A stretch of 64,000 nt of DNA from an uncultured Chloroflexia bacterium (GTDB lineage: Bacteria > Chloroflexota > Limnocylindria > Limnocylindrales > CSP1-4): positions 51,180 to 115,179 of the forward strand of contig CAWEYL010000005.1 in NCBI GenBank assembly GCA_963813335.1, given 5' to 3'. Both the position numbers and the translations under genes were made by a program. Below the pieces are notes generated by a model. That model made no database searches. It had not been told where the DNA came from and saw nothing but the letters and a program-made list of their open reading frames with translations. This document shows positions 34,667 through 44,802 of the stretch, in pieces; the first letter of the stretch is position 1, and each line of letters opens with the position of its first letter.

Positions 34667-35653
34667 TCAGCCCAGCTTGAGCTGCGGCAGGACCTCCTTG
34701 CCGAACACCTCGATGAACTCGGCCTGGTTGCGGCCGACGTTGTGCAGGTGGATCTCGTCGAAGCCCATGTCCACGTAGTGCTGGATGTACGCCGCGTGGG
34801 CGGCGAGGTCGCTGGTCATCAGCACCCGGTTCTTGAAGTCCTCGGGCCGGACCAGCTTCGCCATCGCGGCGAAGTCCTCGGGGTTCTTGATGTCCTGCTT
34901 GGGGAACGGCATCCCGCCGTTGGGCCATTCGATCATCGCGTTCTGCACGGCTTCCTCGTCGGTCCGCGCCCAGGACACGTGGATCTGGAGGAGCTTCGGG
35001 GTCCCGACCGGCTTGCCGGCCTCCAGGCAGCCCTCCTCGCACTTCTCCCAGAGCATCCGGATCTTCTCGTCGGCGGCGCCGACCGTGATCATGCCGTCGG
35101 CGAACTTGCCGGCCTTCTTCGCGTTGACCGGCCCGGCGGTCGCGACGTAGACCTTCACGGGCTCGTCCGGGATCGTGTACAGCCGGGCGCTCTCGAGCGT
35201 GAAGAACTCGCCCTTGTGCTTGACGACCTTGCCGGAGAACAGCTTGTTGATGATCTCGATCGACTCGAACAGCATCGAGCTGCGGATGCCGACCTCCGGC
35301 CAGATGCCGCCGATGATGTGCTCGTTGAGCGCCTCGCCCGCCCCGAGGCCCAGGTAGAACCGGCCTGGGTACATGGCGCCGAGGGTCGCCGCGGCGTGGG
35401 CGATGACCGCGGGGTGGTAGCGGAACCCCGGGCAGGTCACCGCCGTCCCGAAGGGGAGGCTCGTCCGCTGGCCGAGCGCGCCCATGAACGACCAGGCGAA
35501 GGCGCTCTGGCCCTGCTGCGGGGTCCAGGGGTGGAAGTGCTCGCTGACCATGAAGCCGGCCTCGAAACCGGCCCCTTCCGCAGCCGCGCACCAGTCGAGG
35601 AGGTCGGTCGGATGGAACTGCTCGAGCATCGCGGCGTAGCCGATCGTCGTCAT
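34667..35653 (-). CDS. F420-dependent LLM-class oxidoreductase (G6PDH/Fgd-like family)
   Basis: EQFHP, SEHFHPW, GTAVTCP..RYHPAVIA and GAGEALNEH. Confidence 0.88.
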   Translation of the reverse strand: MTTIGYAAMLEQFHPTDLLDWCAAAEGAGFEAGFMVSEHFHPWTPQQGQSAFAWSFMGALGQRTSLPFGTAVTCPGFRYHPAVIAHAAATLGAMYPGRFYLGLGAGEALNEHIIGGIWPEVGIRSSMLFESIEIINKLFSGKVVKHKGEFFTLESARLYTIPDEPVKVYVATAGPVNAKKAGKFADGMITVGAADEKIRMLWEKCEEGCLEAGKPVGTPKLLQIHVSWARTDEEAVQNAMIEWPNGGMPFPKQDIKNPEDFAAMAKLVRPEDFKNRVLMTSDLAAHAAYIQHYVDMGFDEIHLHNVGRNQAEFIEVFGKEVLPQLKLG

Positions 35654-35675
35654 GGTCGGAGGGTAGCATCAGCCG

Positions 35676-36620
35676 ATGCCTGACCTTCGAAGGCCATCCG
35701 GACGGACCGCGCTGGCCATCCTGACCACCCTGATCGTCGCCGGCTGCAGCGCCGCGGCGCCGGCGGCGTCGACCTCGCCGTCGAGTGCCGCGATCCCGAG
35801 CCCAGCGCCGCCGACCGTCGCGCCGTCGCTCGGCCAGACCCGCACCGACCCCGCCGGCGTCCGACAGGTCTACGTACCCGCCGGCACATTCCGGATGGGC
35901 ACCGATCAGGCCGACATCGACACGCTGCTGGCCGCCGGACTACCGGACTGGGTGGCGGTCGCGCTCCCGAGCGAGGTGCCCGCCCACGACGTGACGCTCA
36001 CGCAGGGCTACTGGATCGACCAGACCGAGGTCACCAACACCGACTTCCAGGCGTTCAAGGACGCGGGGGGCTACACGACGCAGACGTACTGGTCGGCCGC
36101 GGGCTGGGCCTGGCTCAGCCACAGGGTCGCCTCCGGCCTGCCGAAGCGCTGCGAGGGCGACGCCCCGGACGTTCCCCGCCGATGCATCACCTGGTTCGAG
36201 GCGGAGGCGTACGCGGCATGGCGCGGCGGCCGCCTTCCGACGGAGGCCGAGTGGGAGTACGCCGCCCGCGGCCCGAAGGCCTCGGTCTACCCTTGGGGCG
36301 ACGAGTGGGACCCGGCGAAGGCGAACGTCGTCGACAGCACGGGACCCGCCGCGGTCGGCAGCCACCCGGAGGGCGCGAGTTGGGTGGGCGCGCAGGACAT
36401 GTCCGGCAATGCCATGGAGTGGGTGAGCGACTGGCTCGCACCGCATTCGGGCGATCCAGCCGCCGACCCGACCGGTCCGTCCGAGGGCACGATCAAGGTC
36501 GAGAAGGGCGGCTGGTGGGGCAGCAACCCGTTCGTCGCCCGGTCCGCGTACAGGCACTATGAGGACCCACCGACCTACGGCGACGAGCACATCGGCGTCC
36601 GCGTGGTCTCCGAGTACTAG
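35676..36620 (+). CDS. Formylglycine-generating-enzyme-fold (SUMF1/PvdO-like) lipoprotein
   Basis: Lipobox VAGC, TEVTN, RLPTEAEWEYAARG and DMSGNAMEW; the catalytic Cys pair of true FGE is absent. Confidence 0.82.
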   Translation: MPDLRRPSGRTALAILTTLIVAGCSAAAPAASTSPSSAAIPSPAPPTVAPSLGQTRTDPAGVRQVYVPAGTFRMGTDQADIDTLLAAGLPDWVAVALPSEVPAHDVTLTQGYWIDQTEVTNTDFQAFKDAGGYTTQTYWSAAGWAWLSHRVASGLPKRCEGDAPDVPRRCITWFEAEAYAAWRGGRLPTEAEWEYAARGPKASVYPWGDEWDPAKANVVDSTGPAAVGSHPEGASWVGAQDMSGNAMEWVSDWLAPHSGDPAADPTGPSEGTIKVEKGGWWGSNPFVARSAYRHYEDPPTYGDEHIGVRVVSEY

Positions 36621-37252
36621 GCGGGTCGGCGACCCCGCACCGGGCGCCACTGACGGGCCGACGGGTCCCACGTCCCGGCCACCCGAACGGCGTCGGGACC
36701 CTCCGCCCCGGTCTGCCGTCGCCGCGCGGTCGCCACGGTCTCGCCCCAGCCGGGCGGCACGAGCCCGGGCGCGAGATCGGCGAGGGGCGCGAGGACGAAC
36801 AGCCGCCGCGCGGCGTCGCGATGCGGGACTTCCAGCAGCCGGGCCGCCCGAGCCGGATCGCCGTCCGCATCGACGGAACGCGCCTCCGGTGGCCGCTCGA
36901 CGGCCAGCCGGGCGCGGCCGAAGACGAGCAGGTCGAGGTCGAGCTCGCGCGGGCCCCAGCGCCGGCGCCGGCGCCGACCGAAGTCGCGTTCGAGGTCCTT
37001 GAGCCGGGTCAGCAGGTCGAGCGCGCCGGTCGCCGGGTCCGGGCCAGCAGGCACGTCCACAGCCACGACGGCGTTGCGGAAGTCTGGCTGGTCGGGATCG
37101 CCCCACGGCGCGGTCGCATAGAGCCTCGAGACGCCCCGGAGCCGAGTGCCGGGCAGGCCCGCCAGCGCGGTGACGGCCTCCGCCAGGGTCGTCTCGGCCT
37201 CCCCGACGTTGGCGCCAAGACCGATGTACGCGCGGACCCGTCTTGCGGCCAC
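36617..37252 (-). CDS. folK: 2-amino-4-hydroxy-6-hydroxymethyldihydropteridine pyrophosphokinase
   Basis: AYIGLGAN, QPDFRNAV, WGPRELDLDLL and RLFVLAPL; GGAGG RBS. Confidence 0.92.
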   Translation of the reverse strand: MAARRVRAYIGLGANVGEAETTLAEAVTALAGLPGTRLRGVSRLYATAPWGDPDQPDFRNAVVAVDVPAGPDPATGALDLLTRLKDLERDFGRRRRRRWGPRELDLDLLVFGRARLAVERPPEARSVDADGDPARAARLLEVPHRDAARRLFVLAPLADLAPGLVPPGWGETVATARRRQTGAEGPDAVRVAGTWDPSARQWRPVRGRRPA

Positions 37253-37282
37253 GGACGCCTCCCTGGTGACGGCTAGACTCGG

Positions 37283-38341
37283 ATGATGCGACCGGTCGCC
37301 GTCCGCATCCTCCACCCGGTGCCCGGCGCGACCGCCGGGCCGATCGAGTGCTGGGTCGGCGAGGCCCGGCGACGCCTCGCCGAACGGCACCGCCGAGGAT
37401 TCGCGGCCGCGGGCGCGAGCGATGTCCGGGTCGTCAGCTGGCCGCCCGACGATACACCGTTCGGCCGGCGCCTCCGCGAGCTGGTCAGCACCGAGCGGCC
37501 CGACGGGCTGGTGGTCCTCGGCTCGGGCTCGATCCCGCTGGCGACCCTCGCCGACCGCCGCGACCTCGTCCGGGCAGCAGGCTCCGGGGACCGGCGGGCG
37601 CTCGCCAACGACCGCTATTCGGCCGACGTGGTCGCGGTCGCGTCCGCGGCGGATGCCCTCGCGGACCTGCCCGACGACCTCGGCGACAACGCGCTGCCGC
37701 GCTGGCTGTCGGAGGTCCGCGGCTGGGCCGTGGACGACCTCCGGCGGCGGTGGCGGCTCACGGTCGACATCGACGGCCCGCTCGACCTGGTCCTCGCCGG
37801 CGATGCCGGCGAGCTCGCCACGGAGGAGGCGCGGCGCATCGACACCGGCCACGTCCGCGGCCGCCTCGACGCCATCCGTGCGCTCGCGTCCGACCCGGGC
37901 GCCGAGCTGCTGATCGCCGGGCGGACCTCATCGGCGACACTCGCCTGGTACGAGCGGCACACCGCGTCCCGGACACGGGCGCTGGTCGAGGAGCGCGGGC
38001 TGCGCACGCGACGCGCCGGCCAGCGCGCGCCTGCCTCGGTCCTCGGCGCGTTGCTGGACCACGATGGGGCCGGTTCGCTCGGCACGCACCTCGCGCGCCT
38101 CGCCGATGGCGCCCTCATCGACACCCGGGTCCTCCTCGCCCACCGGCTCGGGGCGGACGAGCGGGCGTGGCCGCCGGCGGAGGACCGGTTCGCGTCGGAC
38201 CTGCTGCTCCACGGGGCCATCCGCGACCCGTGGCTCCGCGACCTCACCCGCGCCGCGGCGGACGCACCCATCCCGGTCCTGCTCGGCGGGCACACGCTGG
38301 TCGGCCCGGGCGCGCGCCTCGTGCTCCGCGGGCAACGCTGA
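37283..38341 (+). CDS. Hypothetical protein, possibly CofC/GT-A-like nucleotidyltransferase fold
   Basis: GSGSIPL, NDRYSADV, DIDGPLDL and GGHTLV motifs; the fold call is tentative. Confidence 0.5.
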   Translation: MMRPVAVRILHPVPGATAGPIECWVGEARRRLAERHRRGFAAAGASDVRVVSWPPDDTPFGRRLRELVSTERPDGLVVLGSGSIPLATLADRRDLVRAAGSGDRRALANDRYSADVVAVASAADALADLPDDLGDNALPRWLSEVRGWAVDDLRRRWRLTVDIDGPLDLVLAGDAGELATEEARRIDTGHVRGRLDAIRALASDPGAELLIAGRTSSATLAWYERHTASRTRALVEERGLRTRRAGQRAPASVLGALLDHDGAGSLGTHLARLADGALIDTRVLLAHRLGADERAWPPAEDRFASDLLLHGAIRDPWLRDLTRAAADAPIPVLLGGHTLVGPGARLVLRGQR

Positions 38342-38351
38342 GGCCCGCGCG

Positions 38352-39575
38352 GTGGACCCCGTCTTCGGCCTGCGACGCGACGCGGCGCCCGACCTCGACG
38401 CGGTGGGCGAGGACGAGGCGCTCGCGGCCCGGATCCGCGCGGAGATCGAGCGCGACGGCCCGATGACCTTCGCGCGGTTCATGGACCTGGCCCTGTACGA
38501 CCCCGACGGCGGCTACTACCGGGCGACCGATGCGCGGCCGGGTCGGGCGGGCGACTTCCTGACCGCGCCGGAGATCCATCCGGTCTTCGGCTGGGCGCTG
38601 GCGGGCCTGCTCGACGAGGCCTGGCGGCGGCTCGGCCGGCCGCGCCCGTTCGTGCTCCGCGAGCACGGCGCGGGGACCGGGACGCTCGCACTCGCCATCC
38701 TCGAGCGGCTCGGGCGGACCGGGTCGGGGTTGCGCGACGTCATCGCCTACGACCCGATCGAGGTCGAACCGGGACGCCTCGAGACCATCGCCGACCGGCT
38801 GGCCGCGGCCGGCGCCGCCGACCGCCTGCTCGCCCCGGACCGGCGCGACGGTCCGGTCGTGGGGGTCGTGCTCGCCAACGAGGTCCTGGACGCGCTCCCG
38901 GTCCATCGCGTCCGCCAGCGCGGGACCCGCCTCGTCGAGATCGCGGTGGGGCTCGACGAGGGCGCGTTCGTCGATGTCGAGATCGAGCCGTCGAGCCTGG
39001 CGCTCGCGGCCCGGCTCGCCGCCGAGGGCATCGAGCTCGCCGACGGCCAGGCCGCCGAGATCTGCCTCGCCCTCGACCGCTGGGTCGCCGGGACGGCCGC
39101 CGGCCTCGAGCGCGGCCTGCTCCTGCTGATCGACTACGGCGCCCCCGCGGCGGAGCTGTACGACCCGGTCCGGCGTCGCGATGGCACGCTCATGGCCTAC
39201 CTGCGCCATCGCGCGTCGCACGAGCCCTATGCCCACATCGGGCGCCAGGACCTGACCGCCCACGTCGATGTCACCGCCGTCGAGCGGGCCGCGGCCGCGG
39301 CCGGTCTCAGTCACCTGGCGACCACGACGCAGGCCGAGCTCCTCGTCGGGCTGGGCACCGAGGGTCTGCTGCGCGAGGTCCAGGAGGACCCGGCAACGAG
39401 CCTCGAGTCCTACCTCGAGCTGCGCTCGGCCCTGATGCGCCTGCTCGACCCGTCGGCGATGGGACGGTTCCGGGTGATGGCATTCGGGCGCGACTGGCCG
39501 GACGGTCCGCCGCTCGAGGGCCTCGCCTTCCGCATGCCCCGCCGGCCGTCCGCCGAACGGATGCCGTCCGACTAG
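38352..39575 (+). CDS. MidA/NDUFAF7-family SAM-dependent methyltransferase
   Basis: GPMTFARFMDLALY..GYY, GDFLTAPE, ANEVLDALP, IDYG and QDLTAHVD. Confidence 0.9.
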   Translation: MDPVFGLRRDAAPDLDAVGEDEALAARIRAEIERDGPMTFARFMDLALYDPDGGYYRATDARPGRAGDFLTAPEIHPVFGWALAGLLDEAWRRLGRPRPFVLREHGAGTGTLALAILERLGRTGSGLRDVIAYDPIEVEPGRLETIADRLAAAGAADRLLAPDRRDGPVVGVVLANEVLDALPVHRVRQRGTRLVEIAVGLDEGAFVDVEIEPSSLALAARLAAEGIELADGQAAEICLALDRWVAGTAAGLERGLLLLIDYGAPAAELYDPVRRRDGTLMAYLRHRASHEPYAHIGRQDLTAHVDVTAVERAAAAAGLSHLATTTQAELLVGLGTEGLLREVQEDPATSLESYLELRSALMRLLDPSAMGRFRVMAFGRDWPDGPPLEGLAFRMPRRPSAERMPSD

Positions 39576-39817
39576 GGCGATGTACCTATTGCCGCGCGGA
39601 TGCGGCGGCATGCACGCTTCTCAACGGTCGGGCACGACCTGACGGGGAGCGGCGCGCGAACCTGCACGCGCGCTCGGCGCACGCCGCTCCCCGACGCCCC
39701 CGACCAGCCCCGTCGCCCCAGCGCCGGGTATCCGGCCGCCCGCTATCTCCCCCGACCGGGCTCCGTCCCCGAAGCCCGGTCGGGGTCCTCCACCGGCCGG
39801 GCGGGCCCCGCTCCCAC

Positions 39818-39826
39818 TGCTAGAAT
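39818..39826 (+). promoter_or_regulatory. Putative extended -10 promoter of the nuo operon
   Basis: TGcTAGAAT about 110 bp upstream of nuoA. Confidence 0.4.
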
Positions 39827-39932
39827 TGGCCCCGGGCGCCGATGCGTCCCGTGTGGGTATGCCTGCCCGCTCGCTCAGGGGCCTCCAGCCAGTGACGCCT
39901 GCCCCAGGCGCGTCGCTCGAAGGGAAATCCGG

Positions 39933-40291
39933 TTGACCGGCATCTGGTACATCGTGGGCTTCGCCTTCGCCGGCGTCTCGTTCGTGTTCCTGACGATCGG
40001 CGCCGCGTGGCTCATCTCGCACCGCAACCAGGGCGACGAGCACAAGGGCCTGCCCTACGAATCCGGGATCGACACCTACGGTGACACCCACGGCCGGTTC
40101 GGCCTGTCGTTCTACATCTACGCCCTGCTCTTCGTCGCCTTCGACATCGAGGTCGTCTTCATCTACCTCTGGGCGATCATCTTCCGCTCGATCGGCTCGT
40201 GGGCGGCCTCGTGAGCATGTTCATCTTCGTGGCCATCCTGCTGCTCGGGCTCGCCTACGCCTGGCGCAAGGGCGTGCTCACGTGGCGCTGA
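39933..40291 (+). CDS. nuoA: Complex I subunit A, frameshift near 40200
   Basis: [24 protein letters not shown], then [10 protein letters not shown]. Confidence 0.9.
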
Positions 40292-40995
40292 CCCCGCCGC
40301 GCGATCCGGCGGCGCCCCGCAGCGACCTGCCCGCCACCGCGGGCTCGAGCGAGCTGATCGTGCCGCTCGTCGTCCCGAACACGCTCTGGCAGGCGGACGA
40401 TCCCGAGGCATACGACGGCGGCCGCGAGAGCGACATCACCCACCTGCGCGAGTACGAGGCGAGCGGCGCTGGGTCGCCGCGACGACGCGCGCTGGAGCGG
40501 CGTCCTCGAGGTCATCCCGACCAAGGCGGACTACGTCCTGGACCTGATCCGGCGAACAGCCTGTGGCCGCTGCTGTCCGGCCTCGCCTGCTGCGCGATCG
40601 AGATGATGTCCGCGGCCACCTCGAAGAACGACATGGACCGCTGGGGCATGTTCCCGTTCCGGGCCAGCCCGCGCCAGGCGGACGTGCTGATCGTCGCCGG
40701 CACGCTGACCACCAAGATGGCCGGCCCGCTGGTCCGCCTCTGGGAGCAGATGCCGGAGCCCAAGTGGTGCGTGGCGCTGGGCGACTGCACCTGCTCGGGC
40801 GGCCGCTACAAGCGGAGCTACTCCACGGTCGAGGGGATCGACCGGGTGATGCCGGTCGACGTCTACATCCCGGGCTGCCCGCCCCGCCCCGAGGGCCTCA
40901 TCTACGGGATGATGAAGCTCCAGCAGCTGGTCAAGGAGCGCCGCGGCCACTGGCCCGATCGCGCCATCGGCCCCACCGTGCCGGAGGGCGTCTGA
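40282..40995 (+). CDS. nuoB: Complex I subunit B, compensating frameshifts near 40460-40555
   Basis: [23 protein letters not shown] and [13 protein letters not shown] (N2 ligands present). Confidence 0.92.
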   Translation: MALTPPRDPAAPRSDLPATAGSSELIVPLVVPNTLWQADDPEAYDGGRESDITHLREYEASGAGSPRRRALERRPRGHPDQGGLRPGPDPANSLWPLLSGLACCAIEMMSAATSKNDMDRWGMFPFRASPRQADVLIVAGTLTTKMAGPLVRLWEQMPEPKWCVALGDCTCSGGRYKRSYSTVEGIDRVMPVDVYIPGCPPRPEGLIYGMMKLQQLVKERRGHWPDRAIGPTVPEGV

Positions 40996-41566
40996 GCGTG
41001 GATCGACGGCTTCAAGGCACGCCTCGAGGCGCGCTTCGCCGACCAGCTGACGGGACCCGTCCGCCAGCGCCATGACGAGACCGAGATCCGCATCGCGGCG
41101 GGCGACGTCGTGCCGGTCCTGACGCGCCCTCCATGACGAGCCGGCGTTCCACTTCGAGTTCCTGGCGGACCTCGCGGGCGTCGACACCGGCCAGGTCATG
41201 CAGGTCGTCTACCACCTGTGGAGCGAGACCACGCCGGACTGGCTGCGCGTCATCGCCGACGGCCTGTCCCGCGAGGACCCGCGCGTCCCGTCCGCGACGT
41301 TCCTCTGGAAGGGCGCCGAGTGGATGGAGCGCGAGGCCTACGACATGTTCGGCATCACGTTCGAGGGCAACCGCGACCTGCGCCGGATCTACATGCCGCC
41401 CGACTACACGAGCTTCCCGCTCCGCAAGGACTTCTACCTGGCCGACGACGCCGCGCGCTCGCCCGGCGGCGGGCGTCCGGCCGATGGAGCGCACCCACGC
41501 CCCGACGGCGGCGCCGGCCTCGGCGCTCGTCCGCCGGTCGCCGGCGTGACCGAGGACCGCCCGTGA
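40992..41566 (+). CDS. nuoC: Complex I subunit C, frameshifted; boundaries approximate
   Basis: [22 protein letters not shown] and FPLRKDF. Confidence 0.85.
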
Positions 41567-42784
41567 CGACGACCACCCGACGCCCGTCCCTCGACGACCC
41601 GCGCGTCCCGCTCGACCGCGAGCTGGGCGTCTTCGAGCCGATCCCGCCGTACCCGCCGCGGACCGAGCGCGAGGCCGAGTTCTACACGCTCGGCGACGGC
41701 GAGATGCTGATCAACATCGGCCCGCAGCACCCGTCGACCCACGGCGTGCTCCGCGTCGTGCTCAAGCTCGACGGCGAGAAGGTCGTCGACCTCGACCCGG
41801 TCCTCGGCTACCTCCATCGCGGCGTCGAGAAGCTGTGCGAGAACGCCGACTACCACCAGGCGATCTGCTACATCGACCCGCTCGAGTACGTCAGCTCGCT
41901 CTTCTGCGAGTGGCCCGGCGTCATGGCCTTCGAGAAGCTCCTCGACGTCCAGGTCCCGCGCCGCGCGGAGTACATCCGCGTCCTCGCTACCGAGCTCAAC
42001 CGGATCGCCAGCCACGCGCTGTTCCTCGGCTGGATGGCCCTGGACCTCGGCGGCCTCACGCCGATCCTCTGGTCGTTCATCGAGCGCGACGAGATCGTCG
42101 AGATGCTGGCGTCGCTCACCGGCCAGCGGATGCTCTTCAACTACATGCGCATCGGCGGCGTCAACGGCGACCTGAACCACGAGTTCATGAGCCGCCTCGG
42201 CGACTGGATGTCGCACGCGACCGAGCAGATCGAGGCCGGCAACGCGCTGCTCAACGAGAACGAGATCTTCGTCCGCCGGATGCGCGGCCTCGGCGTCATC
42301 GACTCGAAGACGGCCCTGCGGATGGCGATGACCGGCCCGAACCTGCGCGCGACCGGCCTGCCGTTCGACGTCCGCCGGGCGCACCCGTACTGCGTCTACC
42401 CGGAGCTCGAGTTCGACATCCCGACGCGCGCCGAGGGCGACTGCCTGGCCCGCTACCTGCTCCGCATGGACGAGATCAAGCAGAGCCTGCGGATCATCGA
42501 CCAGTGCCTCCACCAGATGCCCGACGGCCCGGTCATGGCCAAGCTCCCGCGCCTGCTCCGGCCGCGGCCCGGCCAGCGCGTACGCCGCGATCGAGGGCCC
42601 GCGCGGCCAGTACGCGGCCTACGCCATCAGCGACGGCACCGACCAGCCGTTCCGGATGCGCATCCACGACCCCTCGTTCGTCCACCTCCAGTCGGTCGGC
42701 CTGATGATGCCCGGCCACCTCGTCGCCGACACGATGGCGGTCATGGCCTCCCTCGACCCGATCATGGGCGGCGTCGACAAGTGA
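41563..42784 (+). CDS. nuoD: Complex I subunit D, frameshift near 42570
   Basis: GPQHPSTHGVLR, GYLHRGVEK, ELNRIASH, EGPRG and [12 protein letters not shown]. Confidence 0.93.
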
Positions 42785-44125
42785 CGGTCGATCGGTCGGT
42801 CCGTGGTCGCGCCTGACCTTGCCGGGCAAGGTCATCTTCACCGTGGTGCCGGTGCTGCTGGCGTCGCTGATCGCGCTCGTCGCGGTCGTCGCGATCCTCG
42901 GGCCGACCATCGTCGACTTCCTCGCGAACAACCTGCCGATCGTCCGCTTCGTCGTCGCGGTGACGGTCGTCCTGCTGATGACCGTGCCGACGGCCTTCCT
43001 GATCATCTACATGGAGATGAAGGTCATCGCGCTGATGAACCTGCGGATCGGCCCGGACCGGGTGGGCCCGTTCGGGTCGCTCGCTGTCGGTGGTCCACGG
43101 GCTCAAGGTCCTCATGAAGGAGGACTTCACGCCGACCGGCGCCGACCCGATCGTCTTCACGTGGGCGCCGGTCGTCGTCTACCTCGCCAGCGTCATGAGC
43201 CTGCTGGTCATCCCGTTCGCTCCCGGGCTCTTCGGGCAGGACCTCAACCTCGGGCTGCTCTACTTCTTCGCGATCGGCGGCCTGTCGGTCGTCGGCCTGC
43301 TGATGGCCGGCTGGTCGAGCTTCAACAAGTACTCGCTGCTGGGCGGGCTGCGCTCCGCGGCCCAGGTCGTCAGCTACGAGATCCCGCTCACCCTGTCGGT
43401 CGTCGGGATCATCCTGCTGGCCGGCACGATGAGCCTCAACCAGATCGTCCTGGACCAGGGCGGCTGGTTCATCGACTGGTACATCTTCCGCCAGCCGCTC
43501 GGCTTCCTGATCTTCTTCATCGCCGCGACCGCGGAGGCGAACCGGACCCCGTTCGACCTGACCGAGGCGGACTCCGAGATCGTCGCCGGCTTCGCCACCG
43601 AGTACTCGGGCATGCGCTTCGGGTTCTTCTTCTTCGCCGAGTACGTGAACGTGTTCATCATCTCGGCCCTGACCGTGACCCTGTTCTTCGGCGGCTGGAA
43701 CGCGCCGTTCCCCTGGCCGTGGCCGGTCACCGTCAACCTCGACCCGGGCGAGCCTCGGGATCGTGCTGCTGCTCCTCGTCGCGATCGTCCCGCTGGTCGT
43801 GACGCTGGTCTTCGCGGCCCCGTTCTGGCTCGCGTCGTCGCGGATCAAGGGCTGGCAGGCGCTCATCGTCGGCTTCGTGCTCGCGAACATCTTCATCGTC
43901 GCCGTCATCGGCGCCTGGGCGTACATCGGGCTCGACTGGGTCGCCGGCCTCGTCTGGTTCCTGGGCAAGACCTACGTCTTCGTGTTCACGTTCGTGTGGA
44001 TGCGCGGCACGCTGCCCCGCGTGCGCATCGACCAGCTCATGGACTTCGCCTGGAAGTGGCTGCTGCCCGCCGCGCTGCTCAACCTGTTCGTGACCGCGAC
44101 GGCGATCGTGGTGGTGGGCAAGTGA
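42781..44125 (+). CDS. nuoH: Complex I subunit H, enlarged; frameshifts near 42800, 43085 and 43750
   Basis: [39 protein letters not shown] and [13 protein letters not shown]. Confidence 0.9.
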
Positions 44126-44800
44126 TCAACGAGCTGATCCCGGGCCTCGGCATCGTCAAGGGCATGGCGCTGACCCTGCGCCGCTTCTTCGAGCCGAAGG
44201 TCACGGTCATGTACCCGGAGGTGCCGGTCGACGTCTCGCCCAAGTTCCGCGGCCGGCTCCAGCTCCTGTACGACGAGTACGGCACGCTCAAGTGCGAGAC
44301 GTGCTTCCAGTGCGCCCAGGCCTGCCCGATCGAGTGCATCGACATGGGCGGCATGGACACCCGCGGCCGGTTCCACGTCCACTGGGGCGCGCCGGAGACC
44401 TACGGCGAGCGTCGCGAGGAATCCGCGCTGCGGCGCTCCGGCCGCCCGGTCCCCGACCCGGCCTACCGGCCGTTCGCAGGCGGTCGACCTCGCGACGGTC
44501 GACGCGATCCTCGAGACCTACGACCACGACCCGGCGCACCTGCTCGCGATCCTCGAGGAGACACAGGCCGCCTACGGATACCTGCCGGTCGCCGCGCTCA
44601 AGCGGATCAGCCAGCTCACCGGCACCTGGTACGCGATGATCTACGGCACCGCGTCGTACTACTCGCACCTGCGCTTCGAGCCCGCCGAGGCGGCCGACCA
44701 GGCGGCCGCGATGGCCGCCCACCGACCGGCCGAGACCGCCTACCTCGCGGCCCTCGGGACGGCCCTCGGTGGCGGCACGGCCCAGCGGGCGGACGCGTGA
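44122..44800 (+). CDS. NuoI N-terminal half fused to a NuoE-like N-terminal helical domain (frameshift near 44480)
   Basis: TVMYPE...FRGR...[16 protein letters not shown] (only one ferredoxin motif), then [16 protein letters not shown]...[11 protein letters not shown] with no 2Fe-2S Cys. Confidence 0.75.
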
Positions 44801-44802
44801 CC

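Noticed and set aside
35676-36620. Sulfatase-maturation system
   Set aside because: The FGE-fold protein lacks the catalytic Cys pair and no sulfatase gene is nearby.
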